This document shows positions 18,851 through 29,046 of a stretch of 64,000 bases of DNA, one piece after another. This DNA comes from Candidatus Coprenecus sp. Its GTDB lineage: Bacteria > Bacteroidota > Bacteroidia > Bacteroidales > UBA932. Every line of letters begins with the position of its first letter. The stretch's first letter is position 1. Position numbers and translations under genes: made by a program. The notes under the pieces were generated by a model, which worked only from the letters and a program-made list of their open reading frames with translations, had not been told where the DNA came from and searched no databases. The stretch covers positions 866-64,865 of the forward strand of contig JAZUMG010000030.1 in the NCBI GenBank assembly GCA_045603545.1, written 5' to 3'.

Positions 18851-19913
18851 ATTGTATTGTCTCTCTGAGTCTGTTGTATGTCTCTACCATATTCTGGTAT
18901 TCGTATTTGTTGGGAAACAGTTCTGGTTTTCCGATGAATTCCTCTATTGGGAAAGTGGTGTAGTTCTTCTCGAACCTTCCCCCTCTTGCACACCATAACC
19001 ATATGGGTTCGCCCGATACAATCCTGCATCCCGATTGGTCTTTTGTTATCCTGACTACAAATATAAAGCCTATTTGTGTATTTTTTGCACTCATATTGGA
19101 GATGTAGTTTCCCAATGAGTAGGCTGTGATGTTCCTGATGGAGCCGTCGCTGTTATGTCTGGTCCTGATTGGCTGGACAACGTGAGGGTGCCCTCCGATT
19201 ATTATGTCCACCCCCTCCCTGTAGAGCAAATCTTCCCATTTTTTCTGTTGGGATGATTCTGCGATTGAATATTCTGTCCCCCAATGGGGCAATGCTACAA
19301 TAAATTCTGCCCCTTTTTCTTTTGCCCTGGCTATAGCCCCTGCCACGGAGATGGAGTCCATCCTGCTTACAATCCCTCTCCCGGATCCCAAATTTGTCCC
19401 GTATGTGAAATTGATGAATGCACACCTGCAGCCACTTATCTCCTCAATGTACGGGTAGAGTGTGTCCTGTTCGGCCTTGTCGCGGAATATGCCTGTGTAA
19501 GGCACTCCAAGTTCGCGGTAAGTCTCTATGCTCTTTTCGAAGCCCCTCCCCCCCTTGTCGAAGATGTGGTTGTTGGCGCAGAGAAAAAGGTCTATTCCGG
19601 CATCTTTTGCCTCTTTTGCCAGAGATTTTGGGGCAGAAAATGAGGGGTATCCGGTGTAGGGTGGGAGGCCGCAGACAAACTCCATATTTGCTATTGCATA
19701 GTCTGCTTTTGAGAGTATCTCCCTCGTATATTTGAAGTATGTGCTGTAATCGTAGGACTCTGAGAGGAGGGTATCCATCCCCTTTTTTCTGGCAAACTGG
19801 AGTTGTCTCTGGTGCTGCATCACATCTCCGATGAATGCGAGGGTGATGGTGTCCTGTCCCAGAAGCAGCAGTGGGTATAAGACCAGAAAGAGGATAGTGG
19901 CTAACCTTCTCAT
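18840..19913 (-). CDS. CapA family (poly-gamma-glutamate capsule synthesis-like) metallophosphatase-fold protein
   Basis: Signal peptide; ITLAFIGDVMQH, CANNHIFDKG, ALPHWGTEY, IIGGHPHVVQP. Confidence 0.8.
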   Translation of the reverse strand: MRRLATILFLVLYPLLLLGQDTITLAFIGDVMQHQRQLQFARKKGMDTLLSESYDYSTYFKYTREILSKADYAIANMEFVCGLPPYTGYPSFSAPKSLAKEAKDAGIDLFLCANNHIFDKGGRGFEKSIETYRELGVPYTGIFRDKAEQDTLYPYIEEISGCRCAFINFTYGTNLGSGRGIVSRMDSISVAGAIARAKEKGAEFIVALPHWGTEYSIAESSQQKKWEDLLYREGVDIIIGGHPHVVQPIRTRHNSDGSIRNITAYSLGNYISNMSAKNTQIGFIFVVRITKDQSGCRIVSGEPIWLWCARGGRFEKNYTTFPIEEFIGKPELFPNKYEYQNMVETYNRLRETIQYGN

Positions 19914-19915
19914 GT

Positions 19916-21280
19916 CTAGTGTCTGACGTTTTGGGCTATGGCAAGATTTTCAAAGCCGAGTCTGACCTTCAGCCACCCTTTGAGCCTCTCGATTTCTTCG
20001 GCTGGTATCTCCGAATCGGAGTTGATTATGACTATGATCTGCTCTTGAGGATTGAATGACTGGGTGTCGAGCTGCGCTCCTCTTGCAATAGAGAACCCTG
20101 TAATCTGCGGATATTGGGCCAGAATCTCTTTTGCAATTTGGGAGAATGGGAGTTCTTTGCTCTTTATGGCACTGAGTTCCATCTCCATCTTTTTTATGAG
20201 TTCTTCCCTGCGCCTTATCTCCTGGTCATTTCTCTCCATAAGGCTCTCAATTATCTCTTTCTCACTCTTGTCGGTGCCTGATGTGATGCTTTGTTGTATG
20301 GCTATCTGCTCTCTGCTCATCCCCATAGCCTCGCCATTTCTGAGCAGAGCTTCAATCTCTGCTTCGTTCAATGTCTCACCCGCAAGTGAGATTTTCAGTA
20401 CCGGGGGCTTGGTGTGGTGATCAATGGTATAGTCAAAAATGTAGGCTTTGCTCAATGTCCTGTTGGCTTTGACAAACTGTTTTGCTGTCTGGTCAAATCG
20501 GCTCTCCTTGACAGTGGTGATGGCAGAGTAGACGCTGGGGACTATGAGTATAAGCAATACCATTGTGATGGTTCTTGTGACTCTCCTCTGGACTCTTGGG
20601 TCTGCAAAATGGAGTACTGGATATTTTAGGGCCTTGACCATGATGAATGTGGCCAATGCGATAAATGCGCTGTTTATGAAGAAGAGGTAGAGCGCACCGA
20701 CCAGATATTTGATCTGGAGTGTTGCCAGTCCGTAACCTGCGGTACACAGGGGTGGCATCAGGGCTGTGGCGATGGCCACACCGGAGAACACTGTCCCCTT
20801 CTGTTTGTTGCTGATCTCGATTATACCTGCAAGACCTCCAAATAGGGCGATCAGTACGTCGTAGATGGTGGGGTTTGTCCTTGCGTCCAGCTCAGAGGTG
20901 GTTTCGAGTTCCAGTGGGGAGATTATGAAATAGATGGTGGAAACCAGCAGGGAAATTATTACCATGTAAAGGAGATTTGCTGCCGATTTCCTCAGGAACT
21001 GGCTGTCATTTACCCCCAGACTGTAGCCGATGCCGATAATCGGGCTCATCAGAGGGGAGATGAGCATCGCGCCAATGATTACTGCGGTGGAGTTCACATT
21101 GAGACCGATGGATGCTATGAAAATGGCACAGGCCAATACATATGCATTAGGTCCACTGAGTGTGACGTTTTTTCTGATATAATCGCTGGCTCCCAGTACA
21201 TCCACATGCTCTGAAAGGGATACTATCTCGACAATTTTGTGCCAGGCCTGACTTAAAAAGGTTCTTATTCTGCTTTCCAT
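19916..21280 (-). CDS. DUF389 family integral membrane protein with a C-terminal coiled-coil/soluble extension
   Basis: AVIIGAMLISPLMSPIIGIGY and ALMPPLCTAGYGL are DUF389 hallmarks. About 6 TM helices precede roughly 190 aa of soluble tail. Confidence 0.72.
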   Translation of the reverse strand: MESRIRTFLSQAWHKIVEIVSLSEHVDVLGASDYIRKNVTLSGPNAYVLACAIFIASIGLNVNSTAVIIGAMLISPLMSPIIGIGYSLGVNDSQFLRKSAANLLYMVIISLLVSTIYFIISPLELETTSELDARTNPTIYDVLIALFGGLAGIIEISNKQKGTVFSGVAIATALMPPLCTAGYGLATLQIKYLVGALYLFFINSAFIALATFIMVKALKYPVLHFADPRVQRRVTRTITMVLLILIVPSVYSAITTVKESRFDQTAKQFVKANRTLSKAYIFDYTIDHHTKPPVLKISLAGETLNEAEIEALLRNGEAMGMSREQIAIQQSITSGTDKSEKEIIESLMERNDQEIRRREELIKKMEMELSAIKSKELPFSQIAKEILAQYPQITGFSIARGAQLDTQSFNPQEQIIVIINSDSEIPAEEIERLKGWLKVRLGFENLAIAQNVRH

Positions 21281-21344
21281 ATCCTCAACCGTAATATTTC
21301 CAATTGTAAATATACATTTTTTTTGGGGATAAGTCTAATTTTCT

Positions 21345-21352
21345 TACTTTTG
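21345..21352 (+). promoter_or_regulatory. -7 promoter box TACTTTTG
   Basis: Exact TAnnTTTG about 27 nt upstream of ATG 21379. Confidence 0.45.
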
Positions 21353-21378
21353 TTTTGATAATTAAAAAGATAAAAGAT

Positions 21379-21849
21379 ATGAAACTGGTAAGATTATTTT
21401 CGATGTTTCTAATCGCGGCAACAATGTTGACAAGCTGCGATTTCTTCCGCTCATTGGTGGGAAAACCCACCTCTAAGGATTTGGAGAGGATGAGGATTGA
21501 GGCTCAGGCCAAAAAACAGAGACAACTCGACTCTATAAAGAAAGCAAAAGCTGATTCACTCGCTTTAATAGCAGCTATGGAGGCTGAAAAAAATGCCCTG
21601 AAGGACAGATTCTATGTGGTTCTTGGCAGCTTTAAGGTGCAAGACAATGCAGACAGAATGCACAAGTTTCTGGAGAAGAACAACTATACCCCAAGAACCA
21701 TAAAGTTCAAGAATGGGTTTGAGCTCGTTTCTGCTGCCTCTACAAATAACCTTCAGGAGGCTCTGAGAATCCTTGATGAGCTTCTGGAATATGAATATTG
21801 CCCGGATGATGTTTGGGTATATGATGTAAGACAAGAATTACACGAATAA
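21379..21849 (+). CDS. SPOR domain lipoprotein
   Basis: Start set at ATG 21379 (MKLVRLFSMFLIAATMLTSC lipobox) rather than the TTG at 21355. The C-terminus RFYVVLGSFKVQDNADRMHKFLEK...ELVSAAST fits a SPOR fold. Confidence 0.75.
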   Translation: MKLVRLFSMFLIAATMLTSCDFFRSLVGKPTSKDLERMRIEAQAKKQRQLDSIKKAKADSLALIAAMEAEKNALKDRFYVVLGSFKVQDNADRMHKFLEKNNYTPRTIKFKNGFELVSAASTNNLQEALRILDELLEYEYCPDDVWVYDVRQELHE

Positions 21850-21861
21850 GAAATTTGATAT

Positions 21862-22968
21862 ATGAAGACAACAGCATTTACCCAAAGACATATTGATCTT
21901 GGTGCTAAAATGGTCCCATTTGCAGGCTACAATATGCCTGTTGAATATGTAGGTATTAACGAGGAGCACAACACCGTAAGAGAGGGTGTAGGTGTTTTCG
22001 ATGTATCACATATGGGCGAAATCTGGGTTAAAGGTGAGAATGCTCTCCCTTTCCTCCAATATGTGACATCCAACGATGTTTCAGTTCTATACCCTGGTAA
22101 AGTTCAATACACCTGCTTCCCTAACGGTAAGGGTGGTATCGTGGATGACCTTTTGGTTTACTGTATTGATTCAGTTACCTATCTTTTGGTGGTTAATGCT
22201 GCCAATACCGACAAGGACTGGGCACACCTTTGTGAGTATGCTCCCAAATTCGGTCTTACAGTGGGTAAGGAGCTTTACAATGCATCTGACGAGATCTGCC
22301 AATTGGCTGTACAGGGTCCCAAGGCTCTTGAGGCTATGCAGAAAATCTGTGATGAGAATGTAGTGGATATGGAGTACTACACTTTCAAAAAATTGAACAT
22401 CGGCGGTATCAAGGATGCGATTTTCTCAACTACAGGCTACACCGGTGCTGGTGGATGTGAGATCTATGTTGCCAATGAAGATGCTGACAAGCTTTGGGAA
22501 GCAGTATTTGCTGCCGGTGAAGAGTTCGGTATCAGACCAATCGGTCTTGGCGCACGCGACACCCTCCGTCTTGAGATGGGCTTCTGTCTGTATGGCAATG
22601 ATATCGACGATACTACATCTCCACTTGAGGCTGGTCTTGGTTGGGCTACCAAATTCAATGATACCAAAGGTGATTTCATTGACAAGGAGTATCTTCTTGC
22701 ACAGAAAGCAGAGGGCTTGAAACGTAAACTTGTAGGTTTCGAACTTGTTGACAGAGGTGTTCCTCGTCACGGATATCCTGTATGCGATGCAGAGGGCAAT
22801 GAGATCGGTCAGGTAACCTCAGGTACCATGTCACCTTCGATGAAGAAACCTGTAGGTATGGCTTATGTGGCTACTCCATATAACAAAGTGGACAGCGAGA
22901 TCTTCATCAACGTAAGAGGCAGACTTCTCAAAGCCAAAGTGGTCAAGACCCCTTTCTATAAGAAATAA
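21862..22968 (+). CDS. gcvT: Glycine cleavage system aminomethyltransferase
   Basis: [53 protein letters not shown]. Confidence 0.96.
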   Translation: MKTTAFTQRHIDLGAKMVPFAGYNMPVEYVGINEEHNTVREGVGVFDVSHMGEIWVKGENALPFLQYVTSNDVSVLYPGKVQYTCFPNGKGGIVDDLLVYCIDSVTYLLVVNAANTDKDWAHLCEYAPKFGLTVGKELYNASDEICQLAVQGPKALEAMQKICDENVVDMEYYTFKKLNIGGIKDAIFSTTGYTGAGGCEIYVANEDADKLWEAVFAAGEEFGIRPIGLGARDTLRLEMGFCLYGNDIDDTTSPLEAGLGWATKFNDTKGDFIDKEYLLAQKAEGLKRKLVGFELVDRGVPRHGYPVCDAEGNEIGQVTSGTMSPSMKKPVGMAYVATPYNKVDSEIFINVRGRLLKAKVVKTPFYKK

Positions 22969-22992
22969 GATTTTTGTTCAGATATTCAAGAA

Positions 22993-23024
22993 GGGCCCCA
23001 TTTTTGTGGGGCCCCTTTTGTTTG
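22993..23024 (+). terminator. Rho-independent terminator after gcvT
   Basis: GGGCCCCA (22993-23000) pairs with TGGGGCCC (23007-23014), followed by CTTTTGTTTG. Confidence 0.75.
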
Positions 23025-23042
23025 ATTTTAAAACCAGTTGAT

Positions 23043-24335
23043 ATGAGAGCATTCAAGTATATATTGCCATTTGTCACCATATTGGTGTCGGGCATTTTGT
23101 ATGGCCAGTCCGGAAGTGTGGAGGAAAATCTGATAAGGCACGTGGAGTACCTGACATCAGATAAGCTGAAGGGTAGAAAGGCGGGCAGTGAAGGGGAGAG
23201 GATAGCTGCAAAGTATCTCTACGATGAGTTGAAGAGTTGTGGCCTCCAGATGCTCTCAGGTGTGGACGGGGATGAGTTTTATATAGTCTCTGACGGGGAT
23301 TCCCTCAAATCCAGAAATATAGCAGGTATAGTGGAGGGGTATGATCCTGTTCTGAAAAACGAGTATATCGTGATTGGGGCCAATCTCGACAATATAGGGA
23401 CAAATGTCCTGACAGTAAATGGCCGGAAAGTGGATCAGGTCTTTCCTGGTGCAGATGCAAATGCTTCAGGTGTGGCTTGCCTTATCGAACTTGCACGCAA
23501 GATATCATCATCGTCATTCATGTTCAGGAGATCTGTCATTTTTGTAGGGTTCGGAGCCAAAGAGGAGGGGATGGCCGGCTCGTGGTATTTTGTGAACAGG
23601 AGTTTCGGACAGAAGTCTGATATCTCTATGATGGTCGATATGAATATGGTGGGGAGAAGTGGTCCTGGCAACTGTTTTACATACTACACTTGTGTCCCTA
23701 ATACAGATATCACCAATGCCGTCCTGAGAACCGACAACAAACTCTCATTTATGCAGCCACAGATAGGCTCAGGCAGGGTTCCCACATCAGATTATCTGGC
23801 TTTTTATGAGCAGGAGATACCTGTTGCCCTTTTTACTACCGGGGTTCACAGCGATATATACACAGTAAGGGACAGGGCTGATGCCCTCGACTATGGCGTG
23901 ATGGAGGGTGTGTGTGAATATCTCTACTCTTTTGTGATGGATGTGGCTATGATGGAGGATAAAGTGATGCGTCCTGCCAAGACCCAGACTGAGGGGGGAA
24001 AAGTGACATATTCCCCTTATGATGTGGATAAGGCACCAGAGTTTTTCAAAGGTGATGAAAGGCACTTCCTCGAGAGTTGGGTGTATGTCTATCTGAGATA
24101 CCCGGAGGAGGCAATAATAATGGGAACCCAGGGTGTGGTAAATGTTGAATTTGTAGTGGAGGCTGATGGAACTGTGACCAATGTGAAAGTGGTGCGTGGT
24201 GTGGATGAATTGCTTGATAAAGAGGCAGTAAGAGTGGTGTCAGTCTCACCCAAATGGAGACCGGCCATAAAGAATGGGGAAAAAGTGAGGGTAAAATACT
24301 CATTACCTATAGAATTTAGGCTTAAAAAGAGATAG
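23043..24335 (+). CDS. M28-like peptidase-fold domain (metal ligands apparently degenerate) fused to a TonB C-terminal domain
   Basis: Start set at ATG 23043 (MRAFKYILPFVTILVSGILYG signal). M28-like blocks: NIAGIVEG, GADANASGVACLIELAR, GAKEEGMAGS. C-terminus YLRYPEEAIIMGTQGVVNVEFVVEADGTVTNVKVVRG...PAIKNGEKV is TonB_C-like. Confidence 0.75.
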   Translation: MRAFKYILPFVTILVSGILYGQSGSVEENLIRHVEYLTSDKLKGRKAGSEGERIAAKYLYDELKSCGLQMLSGVDGDEFYIVSDGDSLKSRNIAGIVEGYDPVLKNEYIVIGANLDNIGTNVLTVNGRKVDQVFPGADANASGVACLIELARKISSSSFMFRRSVIFVGFGAKEEGMAGSWYFVNRSFGQKSDISMMVDMNMVGRSGPGNCFTYYTCVPNTDITNAVLRTDNKLSFMQPQIGSGRVPTSDYLAFYEQEIPVALFTTGVHSDIYTVRDRADALDYGVMEGVCEYLYSFVMDVAMMEDKVMRPAKTQTEGGKVTYSPYDVDKAPEFFKGDERHFLESWVYVYLRYPEEAIIMGTQGVVNVEFVVEADGTVTNVKVVRGVDELLDKEAVRVVSVSPKWRPAIKNGEKVRVKYSLPIEFRLKKR

Positions 24336-24352
24336 GATATTCTCTTTTTTCA

Positions 24353-24360
24353 TAACTTTG
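24353..24360 (+). promoter_or_regulatory. -7 promoter box TAACTTTG for leuS
   Basis: Exact TAnnTTTG 22 nt upstream of ATG 24382. Confidence 0.5.
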
Positions 24361-24381
24361 CCGAGATAGAATAGAACTACT

Positions 24382-27144
24382 ATGGAATATAACTTTCTCG
24401 ACATTGAAAAGAAATGGCAAGAGTATTGGGCCAAGAATCAGACTTATAAAGTAAACATCGATTCATCCAAACCGAAATACTACGTTTTGGATATGTTCCC
24501 ATATCCATCCGGAGCAGGTCTTCATGTGGGACACCCACTCGGATATATTGCCAGTGATATATACAGCAGATTCAAAAGACTTCAGGGATTCAATGTGCTT
24601 CACCCTATGGGTTATGATGCATTCGGCCTCCCTGCAGAACAATATGCTATCCAGACAGGCCAGCACCCTGCGACTACTACAGAGAAGAACATTGCCCGCT
24701 ATAGGGAGCAGATGGACCGAATCGGTTTCTCATACGACTGGTCGCGCGAAGTGAGGACCTGTGATCCCGGTTATTACAAATGGACCCAATGGGCATTCCT
24801 CAAGATGTTTGACCATTGGTACAACAAGGACTCTGAGAAGGCAGAGCCTGTGGCAAAGCTTGTGGCCATCTTTGAAAAGGAAGGCAATGGCACTGTGAAT
24901 GCAGCTTGCGGTGATGTGGAGATCTTCTCTGCACAAGAGTGGAACTCATTCGACGAGAGGACCAAAAGCGACATCCTTATGAAATACCGTATTGCCTATC
25001 AGGGTGAGACATCTGTGAACTGGTGCCCTGCACTGGGAACTGTACTTGCAAATGATGAGGTGAAGGAGGGTTATTCGGTGAGAGGTGGCCATCCTGTGGA
25101 GCAGAAGAAGATGAAACAGTGGCAGCTAAGGGTATCTGCATATGCAGAGAGACTGCTGTCAGAACTTGAGGATCTTGATTGGACAGACTCCCTCAAAGAG
25201 ATGCAGAGGAACTGGATCGGCAAATCCCAGGGTGCCGAGATGATTTTCAAAGTGTCAAACGGCACACAGGAGTACGATGTTACCATCTTTACTACCCGTG
25301 CTGATACAGTGTTTGGTGTTACCTTTATGGTGCTTGCCCCTGAGAGTGAGTGGGTAGAGCTGCTTACCACCCCTGAGCAAAAAGATGCAGTGGAGGAGTA
25401 TCTGCAGATGGCCAAGAAGAAAACTGAGCGTGAGAGGATGGCTGAGACCAAAAAGGTTACCGGTGTATTTTCCGGTTCGTATGGTGTCAATCCTTTGACA
25501 GGGGAGAAAGTTCCGGTGTGGATCTCTGAGTATGTACTTGCTGGTTACGGTACAGGTGCAATTATGGCAGTACCGGCACACGACAGCAGGGACTATGCAT
25601 TTGCCAGACATTTCAATCTCCCTATCATCCCACTTATCGAGGGTTGCGATGTTTCTCAGGAGAGCTTTGATGCCAAAGAGGGTATCATGTGCAATTCCGG
25701 CTTCCTTAACGGAATGTCGGTGAAAGAGGCTATCCCTGCAGCCATCGACAAAGTGGAGGAGATGGGTATCGGAAAGAGAAAGGTAAATTACAGATTGAGA
25801 GATGCGATTTTCTCAAGACAGAGATACTGGGGAGAACCATTCCCTGTATATTTCAAGGATGGTGTTGCGGTAGCAATGGATGAGAGCAAACTTCCATTGG
25901 AACTCCCTGAGGTGGACAAATTCCTCCCTACTGAGGCGGGTGAACCACCATTGGCACGTGCCAAGAACTGGACCTTTGAAGGCTACCCTATCGAGATGAG
26001 TACAATGCCGGGTTTTGCGGGCAGCAGTGCATACTACCTGAGATATATGGATCCTCATAACTCTGAGGCACTCGTAGGCAAGGAGGCAGATGAGTACTGG
26101 AGAAATGTCGATTTGTATATCGGCGGCACTGAGCATGCTACAGGGCACTTGATCTATTCACGTTTCTGGAACAAGTTCCTTTATGATCTGGGATGTGTAT
26201 GCGAGAAGGAGCCATTCAAGAAACTTATCAACCAGGGTATGATCCAGGGGCGTTCAAATTTCGTGTACAGAATAAAGAACACCAATACTTTTGTTTCATA
26301 CGGTCTTAAGGACCAATATGACACTACTGAGATTCACGTGGATGTGAATATCGTGGACCACGACAGACTGGATCTTGAAGCATTCAGAAACTGGATGCCC
26401 GATTATGCAAATGCAGAGTTTATCCTTGAGGACGGCGAGTATATTTGCGGCTGGGCAGTGGAGAAGATGAGCAAGTCCATGTTCAATGTGGTCAACCCTG
26501 ACAATGTATGCAATGATTACGGTGCTGACACTTTGAGGATGTATGAGATGTTCCTTGGCCCTCTTGAGCAATCAAAGCCTTGGGATACCAAAGGTATCGA
26601 CGGAGTCCACAGATTCCTGAAGAAACTCTGGAGACTATACTTCAAGGGTGATGAATATCTTGTGAAGGATCAGAAGGCTACACCAGCAGAGTTGAAAGTG
26701 CTTCACAAACTCATCAAGAAGGTGCAGACAGATATTGAAGGCTTCTCTTTCAATACATCAGTCAGTGCGTTTATGATTGCCATCAATGAGCTTTCAGAAC
26801 TGAAGTGCTGTTCTAAAGAGGTATTGGAACAGGTGGTTATCCTGCTGTCTCCATTTGCGCCACACATAAGTGAGGAGCTATGGGAGGCCCTTGGCCATTC
26901 GGAGAGTGTCTCATTTGCATCTTACCCCGAATATGTGGAGGCATATACTGTAGAGGATACATTCGAGTACCCTGTATCATTCAACGGCAAGATGAGATTC
27001 AAACTGACCTTGTCGAAGTCACTGTCTCCTAAAGAGGTGGAGGCAGCAGTTCTCGCGGATGAAGCTACAGCCAAATATCTGGCAGGTGGATCGGTGAAGA
27101 AAGTTATCGTAGTACCTTCAAAAATCATCAATATAGTTTGCTAA
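24382..27144 (+). CDS. leuS: Leucine--tRNA ligase
   Basis: [18 protein letters not shown] (HIGH), editing domain, KMSKSMFN (KMSKS), 920 aa. Confidence 0.98.
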   Translation: MEYNFLDIEKKWQEYWAKNQTYKVNIDSSKPKYYVLDMFPYPSGAGLHVGHPLGYIASDIYSRFKRLQGFNVLHPMGYDAFGLPAEQYAIQTGQHPATTTEKNIARYREQMDRIGFSYDWSREVRTCDPGYYKWTQWAFLKMFDHWYNKDSEKAEPVAKLVAIFEKEGNGTVNAACGDVEIFSAQEWNSFDERTKSDILMKYRIAYQGETSVNWCPALGTVLANDEVKEGYSVRGGHPVEQKKMKQWQLRVSAYAERLLSELEDLDWTDSLKEMQRNWIGKSQGAEMIFKVSNGTQEYDVTIFTTRADTVFGVTFMVLAPESEWVELLTTPEQKDAVEEYLQMAKKKTERERMAETKKVTGVFSGSYGVNPLTGEKVPVWISEYVLAGYGTGAIMAVPAHDSRDYAFARHFNLPIIPLIEGCDVSQESFDAKEGIMCNSGFLNGMSVKEAIPAAIDKVEEMGIGKRKVNYRLRDAIFSRQRYWGEPFPVYFKDGVAVAMDESKLPLELPEVDKFLPTEAGEPPLARAKNWTFEGYPIEMSTMPGFAGSSAYYLRYMDPHNSEALVGKEADEYWRNVDLYIGGTEHATGHLIYSRFWNKFLYDLGCVCEKEPFKKLINQGMIQGRSNFVYRIKNTNTFVSYGLKDQYDTTEIHVDVNIVDHDRLDLEAFRNWMPDYANAEFILEDGEYICGWAVEKMSKSMFNVVNPDNVCNDYGADTLRMYEMFLGPLEQSKPWDTKGIDGVHRFLKKLWRLYFKGDEYLVKDQKATPAELKVLHKLIKKVQTDIEGFSFNTSVSAFMIAINELSELKCCSKEVLEQVVILLSPFAPHISEELWEALGHSESVSFASYPEYVEAYTVEDTFEYPVSFNGKMRFKLTLSKSLSPKEVEAAVLADEATAKYLAGGSVKKVIVVPSKIINIVC

Positions 27145-27145
27145 G

Positions 27146-28054
27146 GTGAAAAACGACAAACTCAAATTTATCAAGGAGTACCTCCTTATCTCGATAGGTG
27201 CTTTCCTTTATTGCTGGAGCTGGACATCATTTCTGATACCCAATGGTATCTCGGGTGGTGGAGTGACAGGTATGGCTACTGTGATACAATACGCCACCAA
27301 TGGCTTTATCCCGGTGTCGCTCTCTTATCTACTCATAAATGCAGCTTTGGTAACTATGGGTACGATAGTTTTGGGTAAAGGTTTTGGAGCCAAGACCATC
27401 TACTCTATCATTTTGTCATCCATTCTTTTGAAGGTGCTCCCCGAATGGGTTCCTTGGGCATCCGATATTCAGGAGCCATTTATAAATGCCCTTCTGGGTG
27501 GAGCTATAGGTGGTGTCGGCATATATATGATATTTATCCAGGGGGGGAGCACCGGTGGTACAGATATCATAGCACTTATCATCGGCAAGTACAGGGAGGT
27601 CTCTCCTGGTACAGTCTTTATGTGGTGTGATCTTATGATTATAGGTTCTATAGCCTTCCTGCCGGACAAGGGGTTGCAGGATGTTGTCTATGGTTATATT
27701 CAGATGGTCTCATTTACATATACCCTCGACCTGCTCCTTACCGGCAACAAGCAGTCGGTGCAGATCCTCATATTTTCTTCAAAATATAAGGAGATAGCCG
27801 ATACTCTGGTTCACCAGAGGAATAAGGGGGTCACTGCACTTGATGCTACAGGATGGTATTCTCAGAATGAAAGTAAAGTGCTTCTGGTCGTGGTAAGAAA
27901 ATATTGTTTGTCTGAGGTGATGAGAACCATAAAAGAGATAGATGATAAAGCATTCACCTCTGTGACACAAGTTCAAAGTGTATATGGTCAGGGCTTTGAC
28001 CAAATTAAAGCTGGAGGAAAAATACAATGGAACAAAAAACAAAAAGAATCTTGA
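27146..28054 (+). CDS. YitT family membrane protein (DUF161 plus a DUF2179 C-terminal domain)
   Basis: Five TM helices, GGSTGGTDIIALIIGKY, C-terminal GVTALDATGWYS...VYGQGF. Confidence 0.85.
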   Translation: MKNDKLKFIKEYLLISIGAFLYCWSWTSFLIPNGISGGGVTGMATVIQYATNGFIPVSLSYLLINAALVTMGTIVLGKGFGAKTIYSIILSSILLKVLPEWVPWASDIQEPFINALLGGAIGGVGIYMIFIQGGSTGGTDIIALIIGKYREVSPGTVFMWCDLMIIGSIAFLPDKGLQDVVYGYIQMVSFTYTLDLLLTGNKQSVQILIFSSKYKEIADTLVHQRNKGVTALDATGWYSQNESKVLLVVVRKYCLSEVMRTIKEIDDKAFTSVTQVQSVYGQGFDQIKAGGKIQWNKKQKES

Positions 28055-28929
28055 CAGTCCTCAAGGAGTATCTGATTATCACTCTGGGACTTTTATGCTA
28101 TACGGCTGGGTGGAGTATTTTCATTATTCCTCATGAAATGGTGGGTGGAGGCGTATCAGGTATAGGTGCCCTGATATATTACGCTACAGGTTTTCCTGTG
28201 AGCTACTCTTATTTTATCATCAACTTCGTGTTGTTGCTGATCGCGTTGAAGGTGCTGGGCAAAGGTTTTGGATTCAAGACTGTGTTTGCCATAGTTATGG
28301 CTTCACTTTTCTTCAAGATTCTGCCGGATCTGATCCCCCAGACCTTTATTGATGAGATAGCTATATCAAATGGCAAACTTATGTCGGCCATTATTGGCGG
28401 TGCCATCTCTGGTGTGGGTATTACCCTTACATTCTCACAGGGTGGCAGTACTGGAGGAACAGATATCATCGCACTGATGATAACCAAGTACAGGAATGTC
28501 TCACCAGGTAAAATAATCCTTTATCTTGATATCATAATCATTGCATCTTCACTGCTTCTTCCGAATGATCTGAATATGGGTGCCAAGTTTGCCAACGTAG
28601 TGTATGGTTATATGGTGACAGGGTTGTGTGCGAGCACATTGGATCTTCTCCTTTCAGGTATGAAACAGTCTATCCAGATGTTCATTTTCTCAAAGAACTA
28701 TGCTGCCATAGCTGATAGGATATCCAATGAACTGCGTCGTGGCGTGACTGTGCTGGATGGTCAGGGATGGTTCTCAAAGCAGAATGGAAAAGTTCTTCTG
28801 GTTATCGCCAAAAAGACAGATATGAATTTCATTTACAAGATAGTGAAGGAGGAGGACAAGGATGCTTTTATGTCTGAGGGAAGTGTGAGAGGTGTGTATG
28901 GTCAGGGTTTTGACCAGATAAAAAAATAG
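28027..28929 (+). CDS. YitT family membrane protein, tandem paralog
   Basis: Same architecture (GGSTGGTDIIALMITKY, GVTVLDGQGWFS...VYGQGF). Overlaps the upstream paralog by 28 nt. Confidence 0.85.
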   Translation: MEQKTKRILTVLKEYLIITLGLLCYTAGWSIFIIPHEMVGGGVSGIGALIYYATGFPVSYSYFIINFVLLLIALKVLGKGFGFKTVFAIVMASLFFKILPDLIPQTFIDEIAISNGKLMSAIIGGAISGVGITLTFSQGGSTGGTDIIALMITKYRNVSPGKIILYLDIIIIASSLLLPNDLNMGAKFANVVYGYMVTGLCASTLDLLLSGMKQSIQMFIFSKNYAAIADRISNELRRGVTVLDGQGWFSKQNGKVLLVIAKKTDMNFIYKIVKEEDKDAFMSEGSVRGVYGQGFDQIKK

Positions 28930-29046
28930 AATTCAGTCAAGATTTCTAAAATTCAGTTTTTCTTTTCTATTTGACTGATATTTAGAATGATATGATAATC
29001 CATCGTGTTAATTTTGAAGGCATATAATGCTAAGAAGTTAATATGT

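Noticed and set aside
21850-21861. Possible glycine riboswitch upstream of gcvT
   Set aside because: Only 12 nt separate gcvT from the preceding SPOR gene, which leaves no room for an aptamer.
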